Source: Octopus sinensis (lineage: Eukaryota). From it: a stretch of 64,000 nucleotides of DNA. Position 1 is the stretch's first letter. Each line of letters starts with the position of its first letter. The position numbers and the translations under genes were made by a program. Location: assembly GCF_006345805.1 (NCBI RefSeq), contig NC_043004.1:85188001-85252000 (forward strand). The letters run 5' to 3'. Shown here piece by piece: positions 53,316 through 64,000 of the stretch. The notes under the pieces are model-generated. The model did no database searches. It was given only the letters and a program-made list of their open reading frames with translations, and had not been told where the DNA came from.

Positions 53316-55794
53316 TCAATGCTCTGACGTGTTGATTAACAAGAAGGCAAATTTGGCCCCAGTGGAATATAAAATATTTTACACAACGAATAACAGAAAT
53401 TACTTTTGCAGCTGATGAATAATCTTTGCTAATTTAAATACAGCGTCTTTTTATTTTATTATTATTCTTTTTTCATCGAATTATTTGGGAAGAATTTAAG
53501 TACTGGCGACAGTACTTGTAATGAAGGAACTTGTTCTGATCACCATAATCATTTTAATTTTCAGTGAAATATCTTTATAAAATAAATCTTAAAAAGTAAC
53601 AATTTAAACACCGATCTAGCGTTCTAAATATCACAGAAATATGAAAAAGAAATCAAGAAAAATAGAAAAAGTATATTTGATGCATAACCGTAAAATATTC
53701 CTCGTCCCTATGTGGTGAATGATTATTTTTTTTCTTTCCTTTTCACATTAAATCGCTTTACAGAAACGACATATAGGCACGTTCCGGAATTTCTGATGTG
53801 AATTAACTTCCTCCGAGCAAAATTATATACATGGACGTTATAGTATACCAATGAAAAGAGCTCATGAATATTTCTGTCTAAGGGACAACAGCAGTAGAAG
53901 CGAAAATGTTATCATGCTAGAGAGAAAAGATTGGTTCTAACAGGTTTACTCAACTGACAAGATATTTCCGGATACAGAAAAAATAAGGGAGAAAATGATA
54001 ATGAAGGTAAGAAGAAGCAGAAGGGAAGATGAACATCTTAGATCTTACTTTTCTCCTAATGAAAATAATTTTAAAAGATTACATGTTTCCTAGAGAAAGT
54101 TCTTTTGCTATCTGATGGAATATGTCATTTGACATCATTAATGTGATATAACGTACAGAGATCGTCACGCTTCACTTGATACGAACTCAGTAAATTCAGT
54201 TGAGTGCCAATGTACCGAATCTTGTTTATGAACATGTAGGCAGCACTAAGGAATATGCAATAGCGTGTTTATTGTTGTTGTTCTTGTTCTTGTTCAGATT
54301 TAGCTCACAATTGGCTCCTATTAAATAACATTATGATCAAACCGTGTGATCGTTCTACCCTTTTTGTTGTAGAATGTAAAGTATAATGTGGACTATATTA
54401 TTCGATATGTCATCCAACTTCTTAAGATGATATTCTTTCATCATTCGACGGCAATTTACATGTCGTTTCTAACCGGATTCTTTACCATATAAACGCCCAA
54501 GTTTCACAGTTAAAGTAGTGTTTTAATAATTAGCCCGGTGTCAGGTATGAATCAGTAGCCCCAGTTTCATTGTTCTGGTAGTCCACGCATAACATATGTT
54601 AAGACGTAATTAGATAGTGACATTTTGTATTCAACAATCTAGGCTGTATGCCAGCCAAATATACTTCTAAATATGTGTGAAAAAAAGTGTGATGACATGG
54701 TCATATCTGGAACGCTTTCAATTGTTGTTTACCTGATTTGTGATGACGTGCATTAACTTCTAAGAAACATGTTAAATTTGAGGGATGTCTGCCTTGTGTT
54801 TGCTCTAAGCCGTGTTTCAAGGATACGATGCACATTGGTACTGATATAGAATAGGACGTGGTTCGTGAAAAACAAATGCTTTACTAACAGAGTTCTACCA
54901 TGAAGTTATCTAATTTATGGTGACAGCATATTTTTGGAGACATATCTGTAAGGTAATATCAGTTTATAAGCCAGTCGAAACAAATCGGTTAGACAATAAT
55001 TGAAAGCATTCCATACGATCACACGTTTATTCACTCGTATGTAAAAGTGCTTTTTGCGTTGTCCTTCGATAACGTAGCTAGAAGCTTATCATTCGTTGGA
55101 GATCTGATTGCTCATTCTAGCGGTATGGGCGACAATGTTGCTATTTCTTCTGTTTTGTCTACTATAAACTTTACTCAAACTTTCAGGTTATTTTAATTCG
55201 ACAATTACTAAATCAAGATAAGAATAAATATCATTCAACGTGTCAATTTAGAATGATTATATATGAGTTTGAGATCTGACTACGTATCGGAATCTATTCT
55301 AACATTTACATTCCTCTAAATTATCCAAACACTAAAACCCGCATATTTTGATTTTCACGGAGATTTGTCTGTGTCTATACTAACGAGAGGTTTCGCGTAT
55401 TGTATTATATCTCTTTTATTGTGAAATTTGAGTTGAAGTATGTTTGCCTGGTATACAGCATAGCCTGCTGAATACGAAATGTCACTATGTAAATACGTCT
55501 TAACATGAGCCAGTAAAACGGTGTCGTGTAAGAAATACATGTTATGTATATTTATGTTACCAATATAATCAACGTTGGCCGAATTAAACCAGACTTTTAG
55601 AAATTATATAATGGTCATTTATAAAAATCTGAGCCTATTGATGCGGGGAAGATAAAAAATTATAGTAAAGTGATTGGTCTCATGAATCGCTTAATACGCA
55701 GAATTCCTCAAAGATTAAATATAACCACAGCTAAATATCCACTAATTATGAACTCCAAATAAAATATGTAATATATAGGAACTAATACATTAAA

Positions 55795-55975
55795 AATGCG
55801 GTGATTTGGCAGAACAGTAAGCGTCGCGCACAAAATGCTTGGTGTCTAGTACTTCTGAGTTCAAATCTCCCGTGGTGACTTTTCATTTTATCCTTAGGGA
55901 TCGATCAAATCGACGTGTCGTCCCCAAAAATTTGCTGACCTTGGCCCCTACAACTGACCAGCCTCACGTGCAATG
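55795..55975 (+). mobile_element. Highly degenerate group C SINE
   Basis: GGCAGAA..TTCTGAGTTCAAAT..GACTTT..ATCCTT..ATCGAC..CCCAAAAATTT..CCTTG resembles 60861-61070. Confidence 0.45.
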
Positions 55976-56021
55976 GAATTTTGTAATTTCTGTCCCTTGC
56001 AATAGAAATGAATTAAGCATA

Positions 56022-56064
<43 letters not shown>

Positions 56065-56687
56065 GATTGTTAACTCACTAGGTCTATATCATATCTTTGA
56101 GATTGCCTCTTACAAGTAATTCTTCCTCGTATAAAAGCACGAACTGTATTATATCAGAGATCGTGAGACGCACAGCACGAAAGATATCGTATCAGTGAGG
56201 TATTATTCTTAAAGAAAATCCTTATCGTGATAATACATCGCTGCACAAATAATATTATATCAGTGAGATGTGCTTGTTCAAGATAATTTTTCTTATTGTA
56301 TCAACGCCACATCGCAGCAGGAATATTTTTTTTTTCTTTCTGCCACGACATATAAATGCTAGCAACTGACATAGGGCAAGAAAGTGAAAAAGAAAACATG
56401 ATTTTCTACAACGTAGCTATACAAGGAAGAACAAGAATCGTGATTTTTTTTATTCTTCCAAAAAAGTAAGATTCAATTACGAACTTCGTCAGAAATAGAA
56501 CTGTATTGTATATTCTAGCAATATTGAATATACGTAAAATTAGAGAAAGCTAACTTTTCAGAGGAGTATAAACGTAGATTATCATAGTAACTAAAAGTAT
56601 AACTTCACTGGATATATGAGCGTGCATATATCTTTGTGTGTATGTGTCTCTTTGCATCCATGTATTACCATATTGAGATAGATCATA

Positions 56688-56905
56688 CGAGGAGGTGCTG
56701 GAATGTTTCTGGCTTAAGTAAGAGAAAATACACGAGGATCAGTTAATTATGATTTTATTCAACTTATTCCATTCTCAGATTCACACATATTTATTGCAGC
56801 GTTTCTTCAGTTTTCCTAAGCCCCGTAAAAGGTCTCGGTAGTTTGGGCTTCCAACGAGGCCTTTCGTGATAATCTTAAAACCGGGAACTTTTCAGCGCTC
56901 CCTCA
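56688..56905. mobile_element. Mariner-type MITE, ~220 bp
   Basis: Degenerate TIRs TA|CGAGGAGGTGCTGGAATGTTTCTGG and CCGGGAACTTTTCAGCGCTCCCTC; begins like the other mariner ends (TACGAGG). Confidence 0.55.
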
Positions 56906-56924
56906 AATGATTTTTATCTTCTGC

Positions 56925-57257
56925 TTGTTTCAGTCATTACACAGTGCCCTGGCTGGTATAATTTTAGTATTAAAATATAGTCGAAACAAAAATAAACAGA
57001 GGAATGAAAACTAAAACAACGGTTTTCAAGCGGTGTAGGTTGAGAAACAGAGGTAAACAAGAACAATGTGCACACAAACATACACGAATATGTTTGTGTC
57101 GTACGGGCTACTTCCACTTTCGACGAAATTCGCTCACAAACATCAGGTTGGGTCGAAAATATAGTAGAAGACGCTTGCCCAAGGTGTCACTCCTAGGAAG
57201 TGAATATAGAATGATGAGGTTAGCAAACATCTTACCTCACGGCTACACCTGCGCCTA
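56925..57257 (-). mobile_element. Degenerate group A SINE
   Basis: CTTGTTTCAGTCAT tail and AGTAGAAGAC.CTTGCCCAAGGTG..CTGCGCC head remnants. Confidence 0.55.
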
Positions 57258-57431
57258 TATATATATAAATATATACCGGAGTAAACACATAAATGTGAAA
57301 CAAGGTGTAAAAAAGAGTACTCAAATACTAGTGGTAGAGTAATATATATACATGCGTGTGTGTGTGTGTGCTTGTGAGAGGCGTTTGAGGAGTGTGTTGC
57401 GTGTGCATGTATAAGTATATATATATAATAT

Positions 57432-57475
<44 letters not shown>

Positions 57476-57520
57476 TATGTGCGTGTATGTTTGTGTGTTA
57501 TATATGTATATATGTATATA

Positions 57521-57571
<51 letters not shown>

Positions 57572-57597
57572 ATATATTATATATATATATATATATA

Positions 57598-57765
57598 TAC
57601 TAGCAGTATCACCCGGTGTTGCTCAGGTTTGTTTCGACCCTTTAGAAATGGAATTTTGAAAAGTAAAATATTTGGATTATGCCGCTTGTTATTCTCTTTA
57701 AGTGAACATTTTTCTTGTTGAAATACACGGAAAAATGGCGACACAGCAGTCAAAAAATCGTAGAA
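57598..57765 (+). mobile_element. Possible Helitron-like non-autonomous element end
   Basis: Starts ACTAGCAGTATCACCCGGTGTTGCTCAGG, recalling the ACTAG plus subterminal-hairpin ends of invertebrate non-autonomous Helitrons; from memory only. Confidence 0.35.
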
Positions 57766-58017
57766 CGAAGTGTGGAATGAAAGAATAAGCGTGGAAAGAA
57801 TAGATTAAGAAAGAATAGATTTCGATAAACATATACTTACATATAAGGGGCCAAAGTGTACGTACGCCGATATGTATATATATATATAGTGAGAGAGAGA
57901 GAGAGAGAGAGAGAGTGAGAGACAGACAGACAGACAGACAGATACAGACAGACAGACAGATAGACAGGCACAGACAGATACAGACAGAGTGACAGACAGA
58001 TAGATAGATAGATAGAC

Positions 58018-58063
<46 letters not shown>

Positions 58064-59934
58064 GTATTCTCTCTATGTTACCTTATATTTCAAAGCAACT
58101 TTAAATTAAACTGAAACATTTCTCAATAGTTTTTACCAAAGTACGTCTTTAGTAAACTTTTACAAGAAAGATAAGTGATAGTGATACGAAATATAGTTGT
58201 TCGTGTATATATGTGTACAAATGTATGAAAGTGATTGTAATCAGGAGACATTATATGACTGTTTTTAACAATCATTCAAAAGAATTAATGGAATTGATCT
58301 TTTGTAGGTTCTAGAGATATATTTACGTACTTTGCGAAGTCATAGATTTCATATGGAAACCGTAGCGAAGTGAATAACAGATGTTTCGATCGTGTATATG
58401 CAGAATTTCATTGCTTATATACAAATGAAATATAACCATGATCAGCTAATGAATTATCCGCGAACAGATATTAAATGAAAATGTTTTTGTGTAGGTTTAT
58501 ATACTTTTGAGTACATTCTGTAAAAGCAAGCCATACAGAGCACAATCCCACATTTTATCTGATTGTATTACAAGAATGTATTATCATTGTGGAAACAAAA
58601 CACACAATACACTTCAGAATTTTAAGACCTTTTCAGTTCAAACATTTCCCTGGGGGTAAATTAACTTACAGTAACATATTTATAGTTAAATGTTAAACTC
58701 AACACTATTATAATTGACCAGACATACATCTTTTGATGTTACTTGTTTGTACACCTATATCTCAGACATGATTTTATAATCTTATATTTCTACCAGTATC
58801 GAAATAAAGTAAGATTGAGACAGTATATTCATAATGACAGTGAATACAAATAGCAATCGCAAAATAAACATAAAATTCGATATTATTATTATTCAGAGAC
58901 TTATAATGAACAAAAGCTAAACAGGCGATGAAATATCGCTATTGGATTTTTTAATAAATCAAACTCAAACATGAAGAACTAAAATCACATATACAATAAC
59001 CAATAAAAACAGTTATCCAATTGTCGAGGAAATAATAAACAAAACACTTTACATAAACCAACATAAAGAAGTCAATAATAGTGTCATGTGTTTTCATTTA
59101 TACAACCCTGATCACATGAGAAATCCTGCCTGTCCAACACAACTCTATACGATAGAGAGGTAGAAATTTATTTCCTGCCAAGGGGAATTTATTTTAACCA
59201 GGTAAACTAGCACTTCTTTCCTGCTGTTTGCATAGAATGAATAATTAATGACGCGTTGCATAAGAAACGTGTGTGTTTATGTGTGTGTGGGTGGGTGGGT
59301 CTCGTATCTTCATCGAATATATATTACATTGTCAGGTTCCGATTTACCATTCTCTATATTGTTTGTTTTCTTATTGGATATCGATATAGTAATCTCCGCT
59401 CCCATTATACACAATGCATTAAATTTTTAATAAAAATTCTCTGCTACAAAGTGATCATTGAGGCTCGACGCCGAAATGACTATACCTTGTATTCATGACC
59501 AGATTTCCTTAACACGAAATAGGTGAGTAGGTGTAGGTAAATCAGAATAAATTGAAGAAGATGAATGTTACATATCATTTAGGAATCACATGTTTCTGCC
59601 TGAGTGTTAAATGAGTGCATTTGTGCATGTGATTGCAAAATATATTTTGTGAGTTGGAAACTGGCAGAGTGAAGATGAATAACACAATGTTTTGCGATGT
59701 TTAGCTACGCGCCGTTGTTTTCTGCCTTCCAATCACGCTAATTCTTACATTGCCTCCCTAAACTCTTTTCCTTTCGAAAAAGTATGTACCTGTAGAGAAG
59801 TCTTCCGGGACCTTACACACTGAGTTCCAATCCACCGAGTTCCGTTGTGTGAGTTATCGTTACAGCGTGGATAAAATAAGTATCAGTGATGCAACAGACC
59901 GGCTGATCTTCCCTCAAATTGCAGACAGTGACTT

Positions 59935-60170
59935 TTTTACTCTTTTACTCGTTTACTTGTTTCAATGATTTGACTGCGACCATGCTGGAGGACCGCCTTT
60001 AATCGAGCAAATCAAGCCCAGAACTTATTCTTTGTAAGCCTAGTACTGATTCTATAAATCTCTTTTGCCGAAACGCTTAGTTACAGGGACGTAAACACAC
60101 CAACATCGGTTGTCAAGCGATGTTGGGGGGACAAACAGAGACACACAAACATATACACATACATACATAT

Positions 60171-60215
<45 letters not shown>

Positions 60216-60372
60216 GATCTGCTTCTTTCAGTTTCCGTCTACCAAATCCATTCAGAAGGCTTTGACAGCCCGAGGCTATAGAAGACACTTGCCCAAGTTG
60301 GCACGCAGTAGAACTGAACTAGGAACCATGTGGTTGGTAAGCAAGCAATTTACCACCCAGCCTCTCCTGCAC
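59935..60372 (-). mobile_element. Group A SINE, complete single copy
   Basis: Colinear with 17448-17834 plus 33706-33742. Confidence 0.85.
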
Positions 60373-60384
60373 TTTTATGAATAT

Positions 60385-61490
60385 ATATTAATTTAAAATT
60401 TCGCCACAAGACCACCAATTTCGGGGTGGGTCGATTAAATATGCCCCAGAAGGCATCAAGCTGACACACGTTACGACGCCGGGCGAAATTATTATTGCTA
60501 TTACGTCTGCGGCTATAATCTGATTTCAAATTCCGCTGAGGGCAATTTTGCTTTTGATTACTTCGGGGGTCGATGAAATAGGTACCAGTTACGCACTGAG
60601 GTTCATGTGATCGACTATCCTCTCCCCCCCAATTTTTTTATGTCTTGTGCCTACAGTAGAAATAATAACATAGGACCTAGATTTCAACTGGTATTTATTC
60701 CATTGATCCCTAAAGAATGAAAGGCAAATACAACTTCGTGTTTCTTGCACTCAGAACGCAAAAGTGGACGAAATGCTGTTAATCACTTTTACCGGCGTGC
60801 TATAAAGATTTTGCCTGCTCAACACCTTCAGACAATATTAGAAACAATATTATAAAAAGTAAAGCGCTGTGCTGGCAGAAATGTTAGCACAACGTGCAAG
60901 GTGCTTAGGGGTATCTCGTCAGTCTTTATGTTCTGAGTTTAAATTCCACCGAGGTCGACTTTGCCTTTCATCCTTTCGGGGTCGATAAATTAAGTACCAG
61001 TTGCGTAGTGGGGTCCAACTAATCGACTGGCCACCTCCCAAAACATTTCGGGCCTTGTGCCTACAGTAGATACGAATATTAGAAACAATATTACAAAAAA
61101 TGTAAGGCGGCGTGAGGGTAGAAACATTAGCACGCCGAGCGAAATGCTTAGCGGTATTTCGTCTGTCATTACGTTCTGAGTTCAAATTCCGCCGATATTG
61201 ACTTTGCCTTTCATCTTTACGGGGTCGATGAATTAAGTACCAGTTACGCACTGGGGTCGATATGATCGACTTAATCCGTCAGTCTGTCCTTGTTTGTCTC
61301 CTCTGTGTTTAGCCCCTCGTGGGTAGTAAAGAAATAGGTATTTCGTCTGTCTTTACGTTCTGAGTTCAAATACCGCCGAGGTCGACTTTGCCTTTCGGAG
61401 TTGATAAAATAAGTACCGGTTGCATACTGGATCGAACTAATCGGATGGCCCCTCCACAAAAATTTCGGGCCTTGTGCCTAGAGTAGAAAA
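60385..61490. mobile_element. Cluster of about five group C SINE copies or fragments; best copies 60861-61070 (+) and 61105-61490 (+, dimeric)
   Basis: Head AGGCGGCG..AGAAACATTAGCACGCCG.GCGAAATGCTTAGCGGTATTTCG, B-box GAGTTCAAAT, body GAGGTCGACTTTGCCTTTCATCCTTTCGGGGTCGATAAATTAAGTACCAG. Confidence 0.8.
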
Positions 61491-62594
61491 TAATATTACA
61501 GTTTTGTTTAAGTTGAATTAGTTCGTTAAAAGGACAGAGGAATGCTTGTATGCATTTAGTTGAATCCATTTATGTTTTCAGTTCGAATCACCATAATGTC
61601 GAGTTAAACTGTTATAATTCTTTTCCGATAAAAATGTATCGATTATGTTAAGAATATGATATGATCGGCATCACCCCCATTCCCTACCATGGCTGCACAA
61701 TACTGTGACTTTATGTACATGTAATAATAAAATATTGTTTTACAACTCTATTGATAGAAATATTCATAAAGAGCCGCTGAATTTTTTAAATACCATTTCA
61801 ATACTTTGTTTTATATATTTTATTTTCATGTTTTCCTTCAGTACTTACTTACGCTGTTTAACTTTTACGGTACATATATATATCTATATTTCGGATTATT
61901 AAGCTGATTTATAGCAAATATTTAAGTCAGTGATAGTGCATTGGGATTATATTTTAGTATCTCTGTTCCAATTCACAAAGACTTTTACGCACATTCACAC
62001 ACTTCCTTCCACATAAACATACGCACTCACGTCCGCTTGCACACGCAGCAATCTTGAAAACAAACGCACAAACACACCTATAGGCACGCACCATCGCATT
62101 CATTTTCGTATAAACATTTACACGAAACACACAATCACGTTTCCAGTCATCTAGACATTTAGCGATATCTATAAATGACAACAGTGGCAAAAAGAGCAAC
62201 GACAACAACAGCAACAACAACAACAGAATAGCTAAGACTAGTAAGGGAATAAGTCACGTTAAGATAATTTATTGCACAAATTCTATTTTCGTAAAAGTTG
62301 TTTTATTGAAAAAGCTCACAGTATATATATTTTCTCATGAGAAAAGGCTTTCTTTCTAGCTTGGAGTTTGGGTGGTTATTCATTCTTTAAATAATTCTGT
62401 TTTAGAAATGTCAAGAAAAAGAAATTTTAAAATATTTTATTGTATATTTATTATCTTTCTATTTTTTTTATTATTTATATTACATCTTTTTTTCTTTTTT
62501 TAAAGACTTTTGAAAGATTTTTCCTTTGATTCAATTTGATTTTAGCTATTGTTCTTCGTTAGTTTTTGTATTTCTTTTTTGGTTCTCTTTTATT

Positions 62595-63116
62595 TTTAAC
62601 CATTTATCGTCATCATCGTCGATTTCAATACTCATCTTCATCTTCATCATCATCATCATCATCATTATCGCCACCACCTCTGAGACTTGCATCCCCAGTA
62701 CCATTACCACCAATATCATCATTATCAGCAGCAGCATCACCGCCACCATCATCACTAAGATCATCAACACCATCATCATCGGTACCGTCATCATCATCGC
62801 CATCATCCTCATCATCATCATCATCGCCACCTCCTCTGACACTATCACTACCAACATCATCATTATCAGCAGCATCACCACCACCATCATTATCATGAAC
62901 ATCATCCTCATCATCATTACCGTCATCATCATCGTCATGATTATCATCATCATCGCTGACGTCATCGTCATCTTTATCGTCACCATCGCGACCACCTCTG
63001 TCACTCACACTCGAGTACCACAACCATCACCAACATCATCATTATCATCAGCAGGAGAAGGAGCAGCAGCATCACCACAGCCATCATCACTACCATCATT
63101 ACCGCTGCTGTCATCG

Positions 63117-63180
<64 letters not shown>

Positions 63181-63195
63181 TATCATCATCATTGT
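62595..63195. repeat. Degenerate (CAT)n-based trinucleotide region
   Basis: Direct reading; explains the poly-S/I/H/M/D ORFs. Confidence 0.85.
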
Positions 63196-63731
63196 CTTGT
63201 TCCTCTCTCCTCCGCTTCCTTTTTCTTACTATTGTAATGTTTTCTATTAGTATCATTTTTAGCAACACCAGAAGCAGCAGCAGATGCAACAGAAACTGCA
63301 GCAGTACATGTAATAGATGCAGCACCAGTTGCAGCAGCAGCAGCAGTAGCTGTTGTAGCTGTCGTGTTAGTCGTCTTATTTTATCGCGTGATTTAACTGC
63401 ACAATCATGCATATCCTTTTGAGAATTGAGTACGTTTCTTCGTTTTCATCTCATATTTTTCTGCTGCATTAAATCTATTAATTCCACTCAATACGACCTC
63501 AATTTCTAACTCTCGTTGCTTTTGTTATTAAATATTGAATCAGCCTTTATGAAGCAATGTAAATGATGAGACGTGTTCCAACTGCATCTACTACTTTGAA
63601 CTCATTATAAGCACATCATCTAATACCGCTATCACATTTTAGCCAAAAATGTTTACCACACAGGATGGCTCATTAGTTTGGCCCTTCTCCATAGAAGCGT
63701 ATACAGTATGCTCAAAAATGCCATCTCCTTA

Positions 63732-64000
63732 CAATACGGCCTCCCGCTATTTTCGACACAGTATGGCTTCCCGATAACTTCAAGACAATATCGCCCCCTG
63801 CTAACTTTCAGGCAGTATGGCTTCCCGCTTGCTTCGAGAAAATATAACCTTCCGCTAACTTTAACAAAATATAATCTCCCGCTAACTTCGTGACAATATG
63901 GCCACCCACTAACTTCAAGACGACATGCCTTCCTTCTTACTTCGAGACGATATCGTCTTCCGCTAACTTTGAGACAGTATGGCTTCCCGCTTGCTTCGAG
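63732..64000. repeat. 27-bp minisatellite, 10 diverged units, continues past the window edge
   Basis: Consensus about CAATATGGCTTCCCGCTAACTTCGAGA, with a constant 27-bp period. Confidence 0.9.

Noticed and set aside
62526-63422. 298-aa plus-strand ORF
   Set aside because: Almost entirely CAT-repeat low complexity, which lacks stops in that frame by composition.

Overview
Repeat-dominated eukaryotic (animal) DNA. I found no host protein-coding gene, rRNA, true tRNA or CRISPR array. The SINE families and dense (TA)n/(GATA)n/(CAT)n microsatellites look like an octopus (coleoid cephalopod) genome; this is pattern recognition, not a database result. Main contents: (1) three decayed L1/Tx1-type LINE copies on the minus strand (1-13.4 kb). 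(2) A ~15.9-kb insertion (17835-33705) flanked by a 15-bp target-site duplication inside a SINE. It is an ORF1-only L1/Tx1-like element whose 3' UTR holds a ~13.8-kb satellite of 70-71-bp hairpin-bearing units. (3) A candidate minimal type-I hammerhead ribozyme (37777-37834, minus). (4) A young, 5'-truncated CR1-like LINE with one premature stop, whose 3' tail matches the commonest SINE's tail. (5) Tc1/mariner relics, three SINE groups (some internally tandem-amplified), an 84-bp-arm perfect palindrome, and a 27-bp minisatellite at the right edge. Most short ORFs in the track are microsatellite or satellite artefacts. Element boundaries were placed by eye and are approximate unless a TSD or TIR is quoted.
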